Assembly: GCA_963748825.1 (NCBI GenBank)
Contig: CAVVKN010000012.1
Location: 32,001 to 96,000 of the forward strand
Length of the DNA stretch: 64,000 nt
Direction: 5' to 3'
Source: Methanotrichaceae archaeon
Lineage (GTDB): Archaea; Halobacteriota; Methanosarcinia; Methanotrichales; Methanotrichaceae
Shown: in pieces, positions 62,098 to 64,000 of the stretch
How positions within the stretch are numbered: the first letter of the stretch is position 1
Layout: every line of letters begins with the position of its first letter
The notes under the pieces: model-generated
Databases searched by the model: none
The model's input: the letters and a program-made list of their open reading frames with translations, nothing else
What the model was told of the DNA's origin: nothing
Program-made: the position numbers and the translations under genes

Positions 62098-63575
62098 TCA
62101 AGTTGAAGATCAAGATCGACGGTCGTGAGATTGAAACCGATGCCAAGAGCTGCCCGGCCACGATACTGGAGGCAGCAAGGCTGGCCGGCATCCATATTCC
62201 TACATTATGCCATCATCCTTCTCTCGGACCCTATGGATCTTGCCGGCTGTGTACGGTGCAGATCGAAAAAAATGGCCGGAAAAAGTTTGTCACCGCCTGC
62301 AACTATCCGGTAGAGGAGGGACTTGTCGTAAATACTCGCTCACCGGAGGTTTTAGACATTCGCAAGATGATCTTAGAGCTTCTCATAGCCCGATGCCCCC
62401 AGGAGAAGAAGTTGCTGGAGCTGGCCGGAGAATATGGGATTTTCAAGCCTCGCTTTATGCTGGAGGATAAAAATTGCATCCTCTGCGGATTGTGCCACCG
62501 GGTCTGCGAGGAGCTGGTGGGTGTATCGGCTATAAGTGCTCAGAATCGAGGAGTTACCAGGGATGTGGATACGCCCTACGGGGAATTATCGGAAGACTGC
62601 ATCGGATGCGGTGCATGTGCTCTGGTATGTCCCACAAAGTCCATATTGGAAAGAAAAAACATCTACCCACTGTCCTCTGCCGATATCAAAGATATGGAAG
62701 AGGAATTTCTCAGTGGAACTATTGATGACGATCTGGGAGTCAATAGGGAAATATTTGCCGGCAGGAGCAGCATAGAGGGACAGGATGGAGGGATGGTAAC
62801 CTCAATTCTCCAACAAGGAATTGAAACAGGGCTGCTGGATGCGGCTGTGGTTGCTCAAAAAGATACGAGCTTGGGAGCAAAAGCAACTCTAGTTGACGAA
62901 ACTGATCTGATTTTGCAGGCCAGGGGGACGAAGTATGTGCGGGTGTCTGTTATCGCCCCGCTTATGGATGCCTTGAACAGCGGCAAAAGGAGAATTGCCG
63001 TTGTCGGCACGCCCTGTCAGATCCGAGTGGTTAGAAAATTGCAGATGCAGGGATATTTTAATGAAAAATTTCCTGATGCTGAGATATTTCTCATAGGCCT
63101 CTTCTGTTTCGAAAGCTTCGATTATGAATCTCTCAAGAGTCACATCCGAGAGCTTTTCGGCATAAATCTTGATAGTGCCGAAAGGGTCCAGATCGCCAGA
63201 GGAAAATTCATAGTGGCAATAGACGGCAAAGAGCACTCCTGCCGTGTGCGGGAGCTTGAACGCGAGGTGAGGTCAGGCTGCGGATTTTGTGATGATCTGG
63301 TCAGCCGGCTGGCGGACATATCCGTAGGTTCGATTGGAAGCCCGGATGGATACTCCACGGTGATAGTCAGATCAGAGAGAGGGGAAAAGCTGCTGGAAGC
63401 GGCGGTGTTTAGTCGAAGAGAGATAAACAGGGATGAGATCGTTAAGCTGGCTGGATTTAAAAAGAAAAATGCAGATAAAAATTTTGCCGGGATTGTGGCA
63501 GGGCTGCCGGAACGATTTGAGACGGAGAAGAGGGAATATGCTCCTGTTTACAGCAATTTGGGCATTTCATCCTGA
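62094..63575 (+). CDS. NuoG/HydA N-terminal FeS module fused to an FrhB/FdhB-type F420-binding domain
   Basis: IPTLC..GSCRLC..TAC, CILCGLCHRVC, CIGCGACALVCP, then GQDGGMVTSIL, VVGTPCQ, IGLFCFESF, CGFCDD..ADISVGSIGSP. Confidence 0.88.
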   Translation: MIKLKIKIDGREIETDAKSCPATILEAARLAGIHIPTLCHHPSLGPYGSCRLCTVQIEKNGRKKFVTACNYPVEEGLVVNTRSPEVLDIRKMILELLIARCPQEKKLLELAGEYGIFKPRFMLEDKNCILCGLCHRVCEELVGVSAISAQNRGVTRDVDTPYGELSEDCIGCGACALVCPTKSILERKNIYPLSSADIKDMEEEFLSGTIDDDLGVNREIFAGRSSIEGQDGGMVTSILQQGIETGLLDAAVVAQKDTSLGAKATLVDETDLILQARGTKYVRVSVIAPLMDALNSGKRRIAVVGTPCQIRVVRKLQMQGYFNEKFPDAEIFLIGLFCFESFDYESLKSHIRELFGINLDSAERVQIARGKFIVAIDGKEHSCRVRELEREVRSGCGFCDDLVSRLADISVGSIGSPDGYSTVIVRSERGEKLLEAAVFSRREINRDEIVKLAGFKKKNADKNFAGIVAGLPERFETEKREYAPVYSNLGISS

Positions 63576-63625
63576 ATCTCATTTCGCTCGAAAGATCTAT
63601 ACAGGAACAGGACCAACCCCTTCGC

Positions 63626-63937
63626 ATGGATTACACACTCAAACGAGGCTTCAAGCCCGATTTAGAGCGAATTCAAAAGGCACTGGAAGAGGAGTTTCCG
63701 ACAGAGATAAAGCAAGAGGACGGCAAGCTTCTTCTCAGCTATGGAGCTCTTAAAAGCATCTGTGTGTCGATCACCGGCAAGAAGCTCACTGTGACCACAG
63801 AGTCGGTAATAGGCGCGGACGATGTTGTTGCCATGGATACCAACAAACGCTTTAGAAATTTCCTGGAAAAAGCCACAGGTTACAACGCCAAGCAGAGACT
63901 GCAGATGGCCAAAAAAGAGGTAACCAAAGGAGCCTGA
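63626..63937 (+). CDS. Conserved archaeal protein (DUF5611-like)
   Basis: Y.LKRGF, SYGALK, FRNFLEKATGYNAKQR. Confidence 0.7.
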   Translation: MDYTLKRGFKPDLERIQKALEEEFPTEIKQEDGKLLLSYGALKSICVSITGKKLTVTTESVIGADDVVAMDTNKRFRNFLEKATGYNAKQRLQMAKKEVTKGA

Positions 63938-64000
63938 TTGAAATTTCAATTTCAGTATAAAGTCAGCTTGCCTTTGACAAACTGCTCCACCAGGGCGTCC

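Noticed and set aside
59681-63575. Complex I NuoEFG, [FeFe]-hydrogenase or formate dehydrogenase
   Set aside because: No membrane nuo genes, H-cluster motifs or molybdopterin domain; the third subunit ends in an FrhB domain

Overview
Archaeal chromosome segment, most consistent with an acetoclastic Methanothrix (Methanosaeta)-like methanogen. This rests on the two-subunit ATP citrate lyase, Fae, an FrhB-domain protein, CTP-dependent riboflavin kinase, split GuaAA and CCA-less tRNA genes; the taxon is inferred, not proven. The housekeeping backbone includes a RecJ-like DHH nuclease, ribK, aclBA with a LeuC/HacA-type large subunit, thiI, carAB, fae, guaAA and tRNA-Pro/Val/Phe. Three regions stand out. 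(1) A ~17 kb defence island (9224-26426) carries an atypical BREX-like gene set: RadC-N/BrxA-like fusion, BrxF/BrxB-like ORF, Fic, split N6/N4 DNA methyltransferase, split BrxC-like ATPase, PglZ and a BrxL with an intact Lon Ser-Lys dyad. An ABC-ATPase plus TOPRIM-like (PARIS-like) pair is nested on the opposite strand, and TA remnants lie at the left edge. (2) A ~9.3 kb gene encodes a giant secreted Ig-repeat protein with near-identical tandem domain arrays. (3) A HydC/HydB/HydA-like operon (59681-63575) has an F420-binding FrhB domain in place of the catalytic module and a HydB with electron-bifurcation signatures, making it a candidate F420/NAD(P)/ferredoxin bifurcating complex. Many island genes are frameshifted, often at short homopolymers, so sequencing error cannot be separated from decay. 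All calls come from motif recognition by eye, with no database searches.
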